From IMG/VR virus record IMGVR_UViG_3300046787_000353, positions 64,001 to 98,455 of that record: DNA of 34,455 nt. One strand, written 5' to 3'. The notes beneath the pieces were generated by a model. It worked only from the letters and a program-made list of their open reading frames with translations. It made no database searches and had not been told where the DNA came from. Positions 1-9,175 of this stretch are shown piece by piece (the stretch's first letter is position 1; each line of letters begins with the position of its first letter). The translations under genes and the position numbers were made by a program. This DNA is from a virus. Lineage: Duplodnaviria; Heunggongvirae; Uroviricota; Caudoviricetes.

Positions 1-798
1 ATCACTCATCCAACTTTTTTGGAATGCTGCTCCTACAAATACACCAACCTCATCACCAACTTTAACTTGTGTTGTGAAAAGTGCTTCCCCACTACCATCC
101 AATGGTAATACTGCAATAGGTTGTTGTGACCAATCAATCGTACCATCTGTTTTCAATCTCATCAATTGAACACTGTGGTCGGTGATTGTAGTATATGTTG
201 ATGGGAATAAAACTCTAACTTTAAATTGAGATGTATTACCAGTTACACCTGCTATTGTAGACCAACCGCCACCATATATAGTTCCAACATTTGCACCATC
301 TGTATTAGTACCCGTTGCTAAATCTATTTTGAATATATTACTATAAGAGTTTTGGTCTTTTAAGATATACTTTTGAGTTGCAACCAACCCATCGATAGGA
401 GCATCCGTTCTCTGAACAGTCAATTGACCAACATTCCAATCTGGGTTTTGGGTATAGTTCCAAGGGGTCATACCATACTGAACATTCAAATCATTATCAC
501 TAGCTCCACCATTAAATGTGAATTTATAATTATTCCAACTTGTATAGAATGTTTGAACCGATGAACCTTGATTGAATGTAGTAGATACATACGCTAATGC
601 TTTGTTATTATATTGGTATCTAAACCAAAAATAACGAGGATTAACTACAGTCTGTCCTTTTGTTAGATTGTATTTTACTGTGATTGTATCACCAACTTTT
701 AATCCAGTCGCAGGTGTTAGTGATTGTGCAATAGTTAATTGTCCATAAGATGTTAGAGATATTAAAAATATCCCCATCAACATAATTAATTTTTTCAT
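1..798 (-). CDS. Exported/secreted beta-rich hypothetical protein, 3' end truncated by window edge
   Basis: Not in ORF track. Open from ATG at 798, which overlaps the TGA of the upstream gene (ATGA), to base 1. Translates MKKLIMLMGIFLISLTSYGQLTIAQSLTPATGLKVGDTITVKYNL...; Bacteroidota-style signal peptide ending at Gln; Thr/Gly/Asn/aromatic-rich. Confidence 0.85.
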   Translation of the reverse strand, partial: MKKLIMLMGIFLISLTSYGQLTIAQSLTPATGLKVGDTITVKYNLTKGQTVVNPRYFWFRYQYNNKALAYVSTTFNQGSSVQTFYTSWNNYKFTFNGGASDNDLNVQYGMTPWNYTQNPDWNVGQLTVQRTDAPIDGLVATQKYILKDQNSYSNIFKIDLATGTNTDGANVGTIYGGGWSTIAGVTGNTSQFKVRVLFPSTYTTITDHSVQLMRLKTDGTIDWSQQPIAVLPLDGSGEALFTTQVKVGDEVGVFVGAAFQKSWMSD

Positions 799-1448
799 TT
801 TTCTCCTAATAGTTTAGTGATAAGTTTATCAGAACCTTTTTTAAGTGCATTACTCAATGAAGTTTGATTAAACTTACCACCCTCATCTACTATGAGAGTT
901 GACATTGAGATTTCAGATGAACTTTCTTCAACTATAACCTCTTTGTCTTTCTTGCCATCCTTATAGAGTGTTCCTCTTAAACGGATAACAACTTCCTCCT
1001 CGTTTGAGTGGAATACTGATATATTCTTTTTCGTAGTTAAAACATCTAAATAGATGATATCTACTTTCAATCGATGCGTAGAAGATGGAGCTAAATCCAA
1101 TCCTCTTTCTTGTAGATACTCTTCTAAGATGTTTTTAACACCGAATTCTAAATTTCTATTTCCTGCTAATTTTCCAATCTTAACTTGATTGGTTACACTT
1201 TCAACCCAAATATGGTCATCGGCATCATACATAATGTTACCAGGCGTATTTTTATATCTACCATCGAACTTATTATCAAACCAATCTACTATTTGTTGAG
1301 TAATCTCGGTTTGCTCGGTGAAGTGTAGATACACCATCGTTAATTGGAAAGATAGTGCTAATACTACCCATACACATACAAAGTATGCGAACCCTTGTAG
1401 GAGTAAATCTCCTAAATTTGAACTTAATTGAAGAACTTTTGCTTTCAT
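795..1448 (-). CDS. Membrane-anchored hypothetical protein (N-terminal TM, periplasmic-type alpha/beta domain)
   Basis: 217-aa ORF with hydrophobic segment FAYFVCVWVVLALSFQLTMVYL. C-terminal part loosely recalls CsgG/LpoB-like lipoprotein domains (weak). Confidence 0.6.
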   Translation of the reverse strand: MKAKVLQLSSNLGDLLLQGFAYFVCVWVVLALSFQLTMVYLHFTEQTEITQQIVDWFDNKFDGRYKNTPGNIMYDADDHIWVESVTNQVKIGKLAGNRNLEFGVKNILEEYLQERGLDLAPSSTHRLKVDIIYLDVLTTKKNISVFHSNEEEVVIRLRGTLYKDGKKDKEVIVEESSSEISMSTLIVDEGGKFNQTSLSNALKKGSDKLITKLLGEK

Positions 1449-1490
1449 AAATGATTATACCTTTACTTGTTAATATAACCATTTATTTAG

Positions 1491-1502
1491 TATAAATATA
1501 AA
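1491..1502 (-). promoter_or_regulatory. Candidate phage-specific promoter motif TTTATATTTATA (ATAYTTATA class)
   Basis: Intergenic, ~43 nt upstream of the ATG at 1448; identical 12-mer at 6223-6234 and variant ATACTTATA at 14976-14984. Confidence 0.4.
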
Positions 1503-1530
1503 CTTATACTCGAAACCCAAAATATTTTTA

Positions 1531-2616
1531 TTAGTTGCTCAAAGGTGCCTTTATAGTAGGATGTGATTGATAATTATGCATTTCTATATCATCGATTTCG
1601 TAATGTGCAATATCATCAACTTTGCTATCTAAAATTTTTAGTGTAGGCAAGTCGTATGCTTTTCTATCAATTTGTTCTTTTGCTTGTTCAATATGATTTG
1701 AATACAAATGTACATCTCCGAGATTTCCAATCAGTTCGTCTGTAATCATACCCACTTCTCTTGCGATAATCTCTAATAGTAATCCGTAGGATGCAATGTT
1801 GAAAGGTAATCCCAAAAACGTATCTACACTTCGTTGATTCCACATTAGAGAGATTGCTCTTTTAGGGACTGGGTATAATTCATCTATTTCTTGATGGTCA
1901 CCTCTATAAAAATCCGATGGTTCAAATACACTATAAGTTTTAGATGCTAAATCCAAACGCTCTTCAACACTCAACTCTCTTGTATATAATTGAAATCCAT
2001 AATGACAAGGTGGAAGAACCATTTGGCCTAATTCTCCAACATTCCAAGCATTGACCATTAATCGTCTTGAGTCTGGATTTGTTTTAAGGTCGTTAATTAG
2101 GTTTTGGATTTGGTCTATATACATTGAACCTGCTTCGTATATAGTTTCACCATCTTCTGTTTTTAATGTAGTTTCAATTCCTTTACCCACTCTCCAACTT
2201 CTCCATTGTGCACCATAAATTGGTCCTAACTCACCATGTTTGCCAGCGAACCCTTCTAAGTTTTTAATTCTATCAATGAATGTTTCCATAGTTGGCATTT
2301 CATAACCCTTACCTTGCCAATAATCTTCGAAACTCTTTTGATAATTTTTATACGCATCACCATTCCAAATATTACATCCATTATTAACCAAATATTTGAT
2401 GTTAGTATCTCCACGTAGAAACCATAACAACTCTGTTACGATTGTTTTAAATGGCATTTTCTTAGTTGTAAGTAATGGAAACCCTTGTTTCATATTGTGG
2501 CGAATCTGCCTACCAAATACCGAAATCGTACCAGTCCCAGTTCTATCTGATTTAGTAACCCCATTATCTAATATATCTTGTAGTAAGTCCTGATATTTTT
2601 TATCGATTGTATTCAT
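1531..2616 (-). CDS. thyA: Thymidylate synthase
   Basis: DRTGTGT, FPLLTTKK, ELLWFLRG, LPPCH and QRSVDTFLGLPFN motifs. Start moved to MNTIDKKY (2616) because that ATG overlaps the TGA of a small upstream ORF. Confidence 0.97.
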   Translation of the reverse strand: MNTIDKKYQDLLQDILDNGVTKSDRTGTGTISVFGRQIRHNMKQGFPLLTTKKMPFKTIVTELLWFLRGDTNIKYLVNNGCNIWNGDAYKNYQKSFEDYWQGKGYEMPTMETFIDRIKNLEGFAGKHGELGPIYGAQWRSWRVGKGIETTLKTEDGETIYEAGSMYIDQIQNLINDLKTNPDSRRLMVNAWNVGELGQMVLPPCHYGFQLYTRELSVEERLDLASKTYSVFEPSDFYRGDHQEIDELYPVPKRAISLMWNQRSVDTFLGLPFNIASYGLLLEIIAREVGMITDELIGNLGDVHLYSNHIEQAKEQIDRKAYDLPTLKILDSKVDDIAHYEIDDIEMHNYQSHPTIKAPLSN

Positions 2617-2699
2617 AAGTCCCAAATTGATTTTTTCTTTCTTTTAAATTTATTAAAAACTAAACTAATTACGAATATTATTCCCTTTATAATTTTCAC
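2613..2699 (-). CDS. 28-aa hydrophobic/basic peptide MKIIKGIIFVISLVFNKFKRKKKSIWDL
   Basis: GTG start 2 nt after the previous stop; TGA overlaps the thyA ATG; fills the gap exactly. Not in ORF track. Confidence 0.6.
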   Translation of the reverse strand: MKIIKGIIFVISLVFNKFKRKKKSIWDL

Positions 2700-2701
2700 A
2701 A

Positions 2702-2890
2702 TTACTCTCCGCCATTTAATGCAGATTTCACCAATTCGTTTAGAGGTAGTAAAATACAATACACACCAACTGCTTCTAAAAAGTTTAAATCCGGTAAATT
2801 GGGTAATAAGATTGTAAGGTATGATATTGCTAATCCAATAAGAGTTGTCATAAACAATACATTAATGGCTATTTTAAATTTATTTTGCAT
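2702..2890 (-). CDS. Small two-TM membrane protein
   Basis: 62 aa with two hydrophobic segments; preceded by a -33/-7 promoter. Confidence 0.75.
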   Translation of the reverse strand: MQNKFKIAINVLFMTTLIGLAISYLTILLPNLPDLNFLEAVGVYCILLPLNELVKSALNGGE

Positions 2891-2918
2891 GTTTTATTTA
2901 TTTAGTTATATTATTATG

Positions 2919-2950
2919 TAAATATAATAAAAAATTGTTACAATACCAAA
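2919..2950 (-). promoter_or_regulatory. Bacteroidota-type primary-sigma promoter (TTTG-N20-TATATTTA)
   Basis: Minus strand TTTGGTATTGTAACAATTTTTTATTATATTTA; one mismatch to TAnnTTTG; same spacing as five other copies. Confidence 0.7.
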
Positions 2951-2951
2951 T

Positions 2952-2978
2952 AAAAAAGGGATAACTTTCGTTACCCCC
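2952..2978 (-). terminator. Intrinsic terminator downstream of endolysin
   Basis: Minus strand GGGGTAAC-GAAA-GTTATCCC followed by TTTTTT; GNRA loop, one G-U pair. Confidence 0.85.
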
Positions 2979-2985
2979 TTTTAAA

Positions 2986-3831
2986 TTATGCTAATAAATG
3001 ATAATATTCTTTGAAATGTTTGATACGGTCTGGTAACCCAATCGTACCACCATTTACTCTTTTTGTGATTTTAGTTACAACTACATCACTTGCTCCTTCA
3101 TCTGCAATTTTGTGTAATCCATTTTTAGAAAAGAACCATGCAGCCGATGCTAATGCATATTTGGATGCTACTAAATCTGGGGTTGATGGAATATCTACAC
3201 CAATTGATTTACCAAATGCGGTATAATTATCTCTTCCCGTTAATTGGATATATCCTCTACCTCTGAATTTGTAGCCATCTCCACTTGCTTCACTTCCGTT
3301 ACCCATTCTATTTGAGTAAACTTTGTTTGCAATCTTTTGTGGGTTTCTATTATATGGTGCAGCAGCTGCTTCGGTTGGAAAGTATTTTCTAAATATACCA
3401 TTCAATCCTTTTGCGGAATAGTTTAGGTTTTCTTGTGTTAAACGGAAACCACCACTCTCATGTCCACATTGTGCTAAAAAGTGTGCAACTCTCAATGGAG
3501 TATTAATTCCAAATTTAGAAGCAACTTCTGGTATTGAATCTATTACAACTTGTGGAACGTGTCCTACAAGTTTATTTAATTTTAATCCCGCAACTTGTGG
3601 CGCAGGTGTTGATGGTTGTGCTACAACTGGAGCTACTGCTGGAGTCGATTCCCCCATTATCTTAGCCCATGTAGCAGGTCCAACTATACCATCAGCAGTT
3701 AAACCATTTTTTGCTTGCCAAGCCTTAACGGCTTCCTCCGTTTTTGGTCCGAAGTTTCCAATTGGTTCAACTCCCAATTTGGATTGTAATTTTTTAACAT
3801 TATCGTTAAAATCTCCTTTTTTAAGTAGCAT
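2986..3831 (-). CDS. Modular endolysin: PG_binding_1 domain + GH19 (chitinase-like lysozyme)
   Basis: N-terminal LKKG...VKKLQSKLG...GNFGPKTEEAVKAWQAKNGLTADGIVGPATW; P/A-rich linker; GH19 motifs AHFLAQCGHESGGF, ENLNYS, FRGRGYIQLTGRDNY, ITKRVNGGTIGL. Confidence 0.93.
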   Translation of the reverse strand: MLLKKGDFNDNVKKLQSKLGVEPIGNFGPKTEEAVKAWQAKNGLTADGIVGPATWAKIMGESTPAVAPVVAQPSTPAPQVAGLKLNKLVGHVPQVVIDSIPEVASKFGINTPLRVAHFLAQCGHESGGFRLTQENLNYSAKGLNGIFRKYFPTEAAAAPYNRNPQKIANKVYSNRMGNGSEASGDGYKFRGRGYIQLTGRDNYTAFGKSIGVDIPSTPDLVASKYALASAAWFFSKNGLHKIADEGASDVVVTKITKRVNGGTIGLPDRIKHFKEYYHLLA

Positions 3832-3843
3832 ATCTGTATAAGT

Positions 3844-4614
3844 TTAGTATTTGTTAACAATCTTGTAATCTACAATAGATATTGGTTTAACTACTATTTC
3901 ATTCCATAAAAATGTTTTATCATTCTTACACTCTTCCCAATCACGACATAAATTATTTTCATTGTCAGGATATGAGAAACGAAATAGATTAGCGGCACGA
4001 TTGCCTCTATCTGTAACCAAAGTCTTTGCATCCGATTGAAACGCTGCTACTAACTTACCTTTTAATTTAACCAACACATTACTTTCAGGTCTAAAGAATT
4101 TCTTAGCCTGTGTTGTAAATGTAGATACTGAAAATTGGAATCCTTGTTGGATTGAATCTTCAATATTTTTTAATCCTTGTGGAGATGTCCAATGAAGTGT
4201 TTCAACTTCAATATTATTTCCACCGTATGTTTCTTTTGTGAACCTCTCATCTAATAGGATATATGGTTCTATTGCACTTCTTGAATAAAAGAATGCAATC
4301 TTATCATCATCAATATTTACAATGTATCTTTCAAATTCATCTTTTAATCCCCACACTCTATGGTTTACAAAATCTTCTATGAAATCCAATACTTGCTTTT
4401 TAGTATAGTCATCATATTGTTCAGTTTCAACATATAGTTGATAGCCGAAGTATTTATTGATTAACCCAACTAAAGTTGCGTTATCATCGATTACTCCACC
4501 ACGAGTATCATAGCCTTGCTTTTCTAATTTTAGAAACTCATTAGCAATTTGTTCCCATTCTGAAATAGTATGGAAAGATGCTTCCGGCTTATAATATCCT
4601 CTTACTGCGTACAT
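3844..4614 (-). CDS. Hypothetical protein; possible ADP-ribosyltransferase-like fold in C-terminal half
   Basis: 256-aa ORF in operon context. LHWTS...SVSTF...WNEIVV ordering resembles the three ART catalytic strands (weak). Confidence 0.55.
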   Translation of the reverse strand: MYAVRGYYKPEASFHTISEWEQIANEFLKLEKQGYDTRGGVIDDNATLVGLINKYFGYQLYVETEQYDDYTKKQVLDFIEDFVNHRVWGLKDEFERYIVNIDDDKIAFFYSRSAIEPYILLDERFTKETYGGNNIEVETLHWTSPQGLKNIEDSIQQGFQFSVSTFTTQAKKFFRPESNVLVKLKGKLVAAFQSDAKTLVTDRGNRAANLFRFSYPDNENNLCRDWEECKNDKTFLWNEIVVKPISIVDYKIVNKY

Positions 4615-4617
4615 AGT

Positions 4618-5805
4618 TTATCCTTTTGCACCCGTATCGGCTGCTTTTGCTTTAATACCAATTGCTTCTGCAAATGCGTTTGAACGTTTTACCAATGGGA
4701 TAATAGGTTCATCTATCACTCTAATATTCATTGGTATTTGATTTTTAGGGTGTGCTGCATTATATGCTACAACCGCTGCCCATCTATGATGACCGTCTAA
4801 TACATATCCATCATTGGAAACGTATATAGGTGCGGCTATTTTAGGATGATTTGGATTCTCTTCTAATGCTTTACTCATCCCAGCAACTTTAACTCCTACA
4901 AGCTCACTTTGTGTTGCTTTTAAACGGTCTGGCGGAACTGAATATGGTTTCGATACTCCAATACCCTGCTTCTCCAACATTTGCTTAAAGAACTCTTCCG
5001 TATCGGCTTCACCACTTTTATCTTTTGGTAACTTATCAGCCGGAGAACCTGGTTCAGGTGTTCCTTTGAATTGTGGCATATCCTCACGAGGAATGCCTTT
5101 GTTACCATCACAATATAAGTTAGTACCTGGAATTGATACTTGGCAAAGATTGAAATTAGGAGCTTGTTCTCCTTTTTCTTTTGCTTGATTTCCCAATTCA
5201 GCCAACTTATCAATTATAGTAGAGATTTGTTGTCTTTCGATAGGTGTTACTTGTGAAAGTGGTTTATTTGAAAAATCTCCTCCAGGCATTAAATCCTTCA
5301 ATTTTGGCATATCGCCATCCTTTTTGTTTTGGGAGTATTTATCAATTATTTGTTGTGCGTATTTATTTCCTGGTTTACCAACAACAGCAGTCATTAAATC
5401 CATAGGTTTTAATTTTTTGGATTTTAAATCAGCTATCACTTTTGATAAATTCACATTATTTTCATCCGCCCAACCTGCTACCGCTTGAGTTCTTAAACCC
5501 GTTTTACTTGCAATTGCGTTAACAGTTGCCATTCCATCGGATTTCTTTTCAGCTGATGATGTGAAATCACCACCTGCTAATTTTTGTCCAGGTTTAATCG
5601 GAGCAGTATTTTGTGGAGTTTGACTTGGTTGCGGTTCTAATTTTGGCAATACACCATTATTGGATGCCTTAGCTTTTTCAATTTCAGCTGGAGTTGGTTT
5701 GTCGTGTTTAGATGGGTCATAATTCTGAACCACATAGACATTACCTGTCTTTCTATTCTTAACAATCTGCTCTTCCTCCTTTAATAGTGATTTTAATTTT
5801 ATCAT
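4618..5805 (-). CDS. Protein with C-terminal ParB/Srx-like domain
   Basis: ATQSE...APIYVSNDGYVLDGHHRWAA matches the ParB/sulfiredoxin DGHHR motif; low-complexity K/P/Q-rich N-terminal half. Confidence 0.75.
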   Translation of the reverse strand: MIKLKSLLKEEEQIVKNRKTGNVYVVQNYDPSKHDKPTPAEIEKAKASNNGVLPKLEPQPSQTPQNTAPIKPGQKLAGGDFTSSAEKKSDGMATVNAIASKTGLRTQAVAGWADENNVNLSKVIADLKSKKLKPMDLMTAVVGKPGNKYAQQIIDKYSQNKKDGDMPKLKDLMPGGDFSNKPLSQVTPIERQQISTIIDKLAELGNQAKEKGEQAPNFNLCQVSIPGTNLYCDGNKGIPREDMPQFKGTPEPGSPADKLPKDKSGEADTEEFFKQMLEKQGIGVSKPYSVPPDRLKATQSELVGVKVAGMSKALEENPNHPKIAAPIYVSNDGYVLDGHHRWAAVVAYNAAHPKNQIPMNIRVIDEPIIPLVKRSNAFAEAIGIKAKAADTGAKG

Positions 5806-5936
5806 CTTAATCTACCTTGTCCTCTGTATTTTTTTGGTTTTTCTTCTTTTGGTCCGTAGCTTTTTTTCAATTTGCCACTTTTACGTTTTCCGAATTGAAC
5901 CTTTTGCGAATTACTCGCACCTTTTGCTTTTGCCAT
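5802..5936 (-). CDS. 44-aa highly basic peptide (MAKAKGASNSQKVQFGKRKSGKLKKSYGPKEEKPKKYRGQGRLR)
   Basis: Not in ORF track. ATG at 5936; TGA overlaps the next ATG (ATGA). KKYRGQGR end resembles small basic peptides of T4-like aquatic phages. Confidence 0.75.
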   Translation of the reverse strand: MAKAKGASNSQKVQFGKRKSGKLKKSYGPKEEKPKKYRGQGRLR

Positions 5937-5963
5937 TTTGTTATTCTCTTACTTTAACGTTTA

Positions 5964-6188
5964 TTACTTTGTAGATTTCTTAGCTTTAGGTTTGGAAACT
6001 TTTGCTTCCATTTTTGCTACTGCTTCTTTTGCATCTGCCTTTACTTTCTTAGCTTTTACAACTTCAGCTTTTACCTTCAATGCTACTTCCGGTGCTTTTT
6101 CTTCTACTTCCGTAACAAATGATTCAACTTGCTTTTCAATTGCATCTGCTTTGGCGAAAAGACTTTTTAAGAATGAAAATAATCTCAT
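5964..6188 (-). CDS. Small K/A-rich (histone H1-like composition) protein
   Basis: 74 aa; amphipathic N-terminus and a tail rich in Lys/Ala (KAKKVKADAKEAVAKMEAKVSKPKAKKSTK). Confidence 0.7.
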   Translation of the reverse strand: MRLFSFLKSLFAKADAIEKQVESFVTEVEEKAPEVALKVKAEVVKAKKVKADAKEAVAKMEAKVSKPKAKKSTK

Positions 6189-6222
6189 TGATTTGTGTTT
6201 TAAGTTAACGATTTATTTTAAA

Positions 6223-6234
6223 TATAAATATAAA
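6223..6234 (-). promoter_or_regulatory. Candidate phage-specific promoter motif TTTATATTTATA
   Basis: Intergenic, ~35 nt upstream of ATG 6188; identical to 1491-1502; no -33 TTG at the 20-nt spacing. Confidence 0.4.
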
Positions 6235-6239
6235 AAATT

Positions 6240-6548
6240 TTATTTAAACTCATAACCATAAAATTCATAATTTTTATGAACCGATACGATATCGCCCATA
6301 GAAATTGCTTCCTCTTCATCTCTGTAAATGGCATCAACAGGACATTCGGGAATACAAGCACCACAATTGATGCATTCATCTGGGTTTATGTATAATTGTT
6401 TATCGAATAATTCATGTGGTTGCATAGTATGTACCTCCACACCTCTACCATCAATTGAAATAGGCCCATTGATACAATCTACTGGACAAACGGATACACA
6501 TCCCGTATCCACACATCCCACACAACTTTGTCCGATTATAAAACTCAT
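6240..6548 (-). CDS. 4Fe-4S dicluster ferredoxin
   Basis: CVGCVDTGCVSVCPVDC and CINCGACIPECPVDAI cysteine motifs, with an insertion between them. Confidence 0.93.
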   Translation of the reverse strand: MSFIIGQSCVGCVDTGCVSVCPVDCINGPISIDGRGVEVHTMQPHELFDKQLYINPDECINCGACIPECPVDAIYRDEEEAISMGDIVSVHKNYEFYGYEFK

Positions 6549-6973
6549 AATTTATTTTTTAATGTTGATGATGATTGGATTTTATCTCCCAATCCATCTA
6601 CTAATTTGATATCTAGCTCTTCGCATATATCAGTTTCTAATATGGTACTACCAAATTGGTCACCACCATTTGTGAATATATAATTATCTGCTTTTAAGAA
6701 TTTGTGGATGAACCCAATGGTTCTTGAAACATCTCTATCTGTATCGATTGATATAAATGTATAATCCACACATCCCAATGCATCAATTATAATTTTCCTT
6801 TCACTTTCAGATTGGAAAGGAGTTGAACCTTTAAGGTCAACTTGAATGTCGTTATTAATGATAACAGCAAGTTTGTTACCCAATTCTTTACTACGCTGGA
6901 GATATTCGATATGTCCTTTGTGTAATGGATTAAAGTAACCACTTGCTATTACTAATGTTTTAATCTTCGCCAT
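6545..6973 (-). CDS. Cytidylyltransferase-like nucleotidyltransferase (TagD/RfaE/FAD-synthase superfamily)
   Basis: SGYFNPLHKGH (HxGH motif), ERKIIIDALGCVD, GGD, terminal QSSS. Confidence 0.88.
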   Translation of the reverse strand: MAKIKTLVIASGYFNPLHKGHIEYLQRSKELGNKLAVIINNDIQVDLKGSTPFQSESERKIIIDALGCVDYTFISIDTDRDVSRTIGFIHKFLKADNYIFTNGGDQFGSTILETDICEELDIKLVDGLGDKIQSSSTLKNKL

Positions 6974-7208
6974 ATAATGAGAATCTCTTTACAGGTATTT
7001 CTATTTCCTCTTGTACTACGATTTCAACTGTTCCCTTTCTGGCATCAATATAAAATTGGGTATCCCCAAATGCTTGATACCACGCTTCGAGTGCATCGGT
7101 TAAAGATGGGTACGTTGCATTGGATGAACCATTTACAAATACCCATCTATCTCCCGGCGGAACTCTTTTAAGAACTAATTGTTTTTCTTCTTTAAGTTCC
7201 GTTCCCAT
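6960..7208 (-). CDS. Hypothetical protein
   Basis: 82-aa ORF tightly packed between neighbours; no recognised motif. Confidence 0.75.
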   Translation of the reverse strand: MGTELKEEKQLVLKRVPPGDRWVFVNGSSNATYPSLTDALEAWYQAFGDTQFYIDARKGTVEIVVQEEIEIPVKRFSLYGED

Positions 7209-7209
7209 A

Positions 7210-7416
7210 TTAGAATACTTCGATTATGTTTGTTTCAGAAACTTTAATTACTTCGTACTCCAACTTAACTGCTTCTGCTACGAATTTCTTAACCATCTTA
7301 GCTTCTGCTTCCGTTACCGATAACGCATCTACTAAATAGTTTTCTTTTTGTTTTTTAATTTTTCCTTTAGCATCTTCTACTTCGATTGCTACACATACTG
7401 CATAAAACTTAGCCAT
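7210..7416 (-). CDS. DUF4494-like protein (Bacteroidota family)
   Basis: GKIKKQKENYLVDALSVTEAEA resembles the DUF4494 signature YLVDALSFTEAE. Confidence 0.75.
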   Translation of the reverse strand: MAKFYAVCVAIEVEDAKGKIKKQKENYLVDALSVTEAEAKMVKKFVAEAVKLEYEVIKVSETNIIEVF

Positions 7417-7452
7417 AACTTTTCTTTTTTTGTTTATTATTTATTTAATTAA

Positions 7453-9075
<1,623 letters not shown>

Positions 9076-9096
9076 TTAATTATATTTTTGTTTCCA

Positions 9097-9128
9097 CAAA
9101 TATACGAATAATATTTCATTATACCAAA
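9097..9128 (-). promoter_or_regulatory. Bacteroidota-type promoter for groEL (TTTG-N20-TATATTTG)
   Basis: Perfect -33 TTTG and -7 TAnnTTTG consensus, 24 nt upstream of the groEL ATG. Confidence 0.85.
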
Positions 9129-9129
9129 T

Positions 9130-9160
9130 AAAAATGGGAGAAATTTTCGTTCTCCCATTT
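9130..9160 (-). terminator. Intrinsic terminator after the TonB-dependent transporter
   Basis: Perfect 11-bp stem AAATGGGAGAA/TTCTCCCATTT, 7-nt loop, following T-run. Confidence 0.85.
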
Positions 9161-9175
9161 AATTTTTTTATTTGA

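Noticed and set aside
1491-1498. T4 late promoter TATAAATA on the + strand (also 6223-6230)
   Set aside because: It points away from the genes, and no plus-strand gene follows; it is treated instead as the minus-strand motif.
1531-2616. ThyA as a dCMP hydroxymethylase feeding DNA glycosylation
   Set aside because: It keeps the dUMP-specifying Asn (GLPFN) and all canonical thymidylate synthase motifs.
2702-2890. Holin call for the two-TM protein next to the endolysin
   Set aside because: A terminator and an independent host-type promoter separate it from the lysin; no family evidence.
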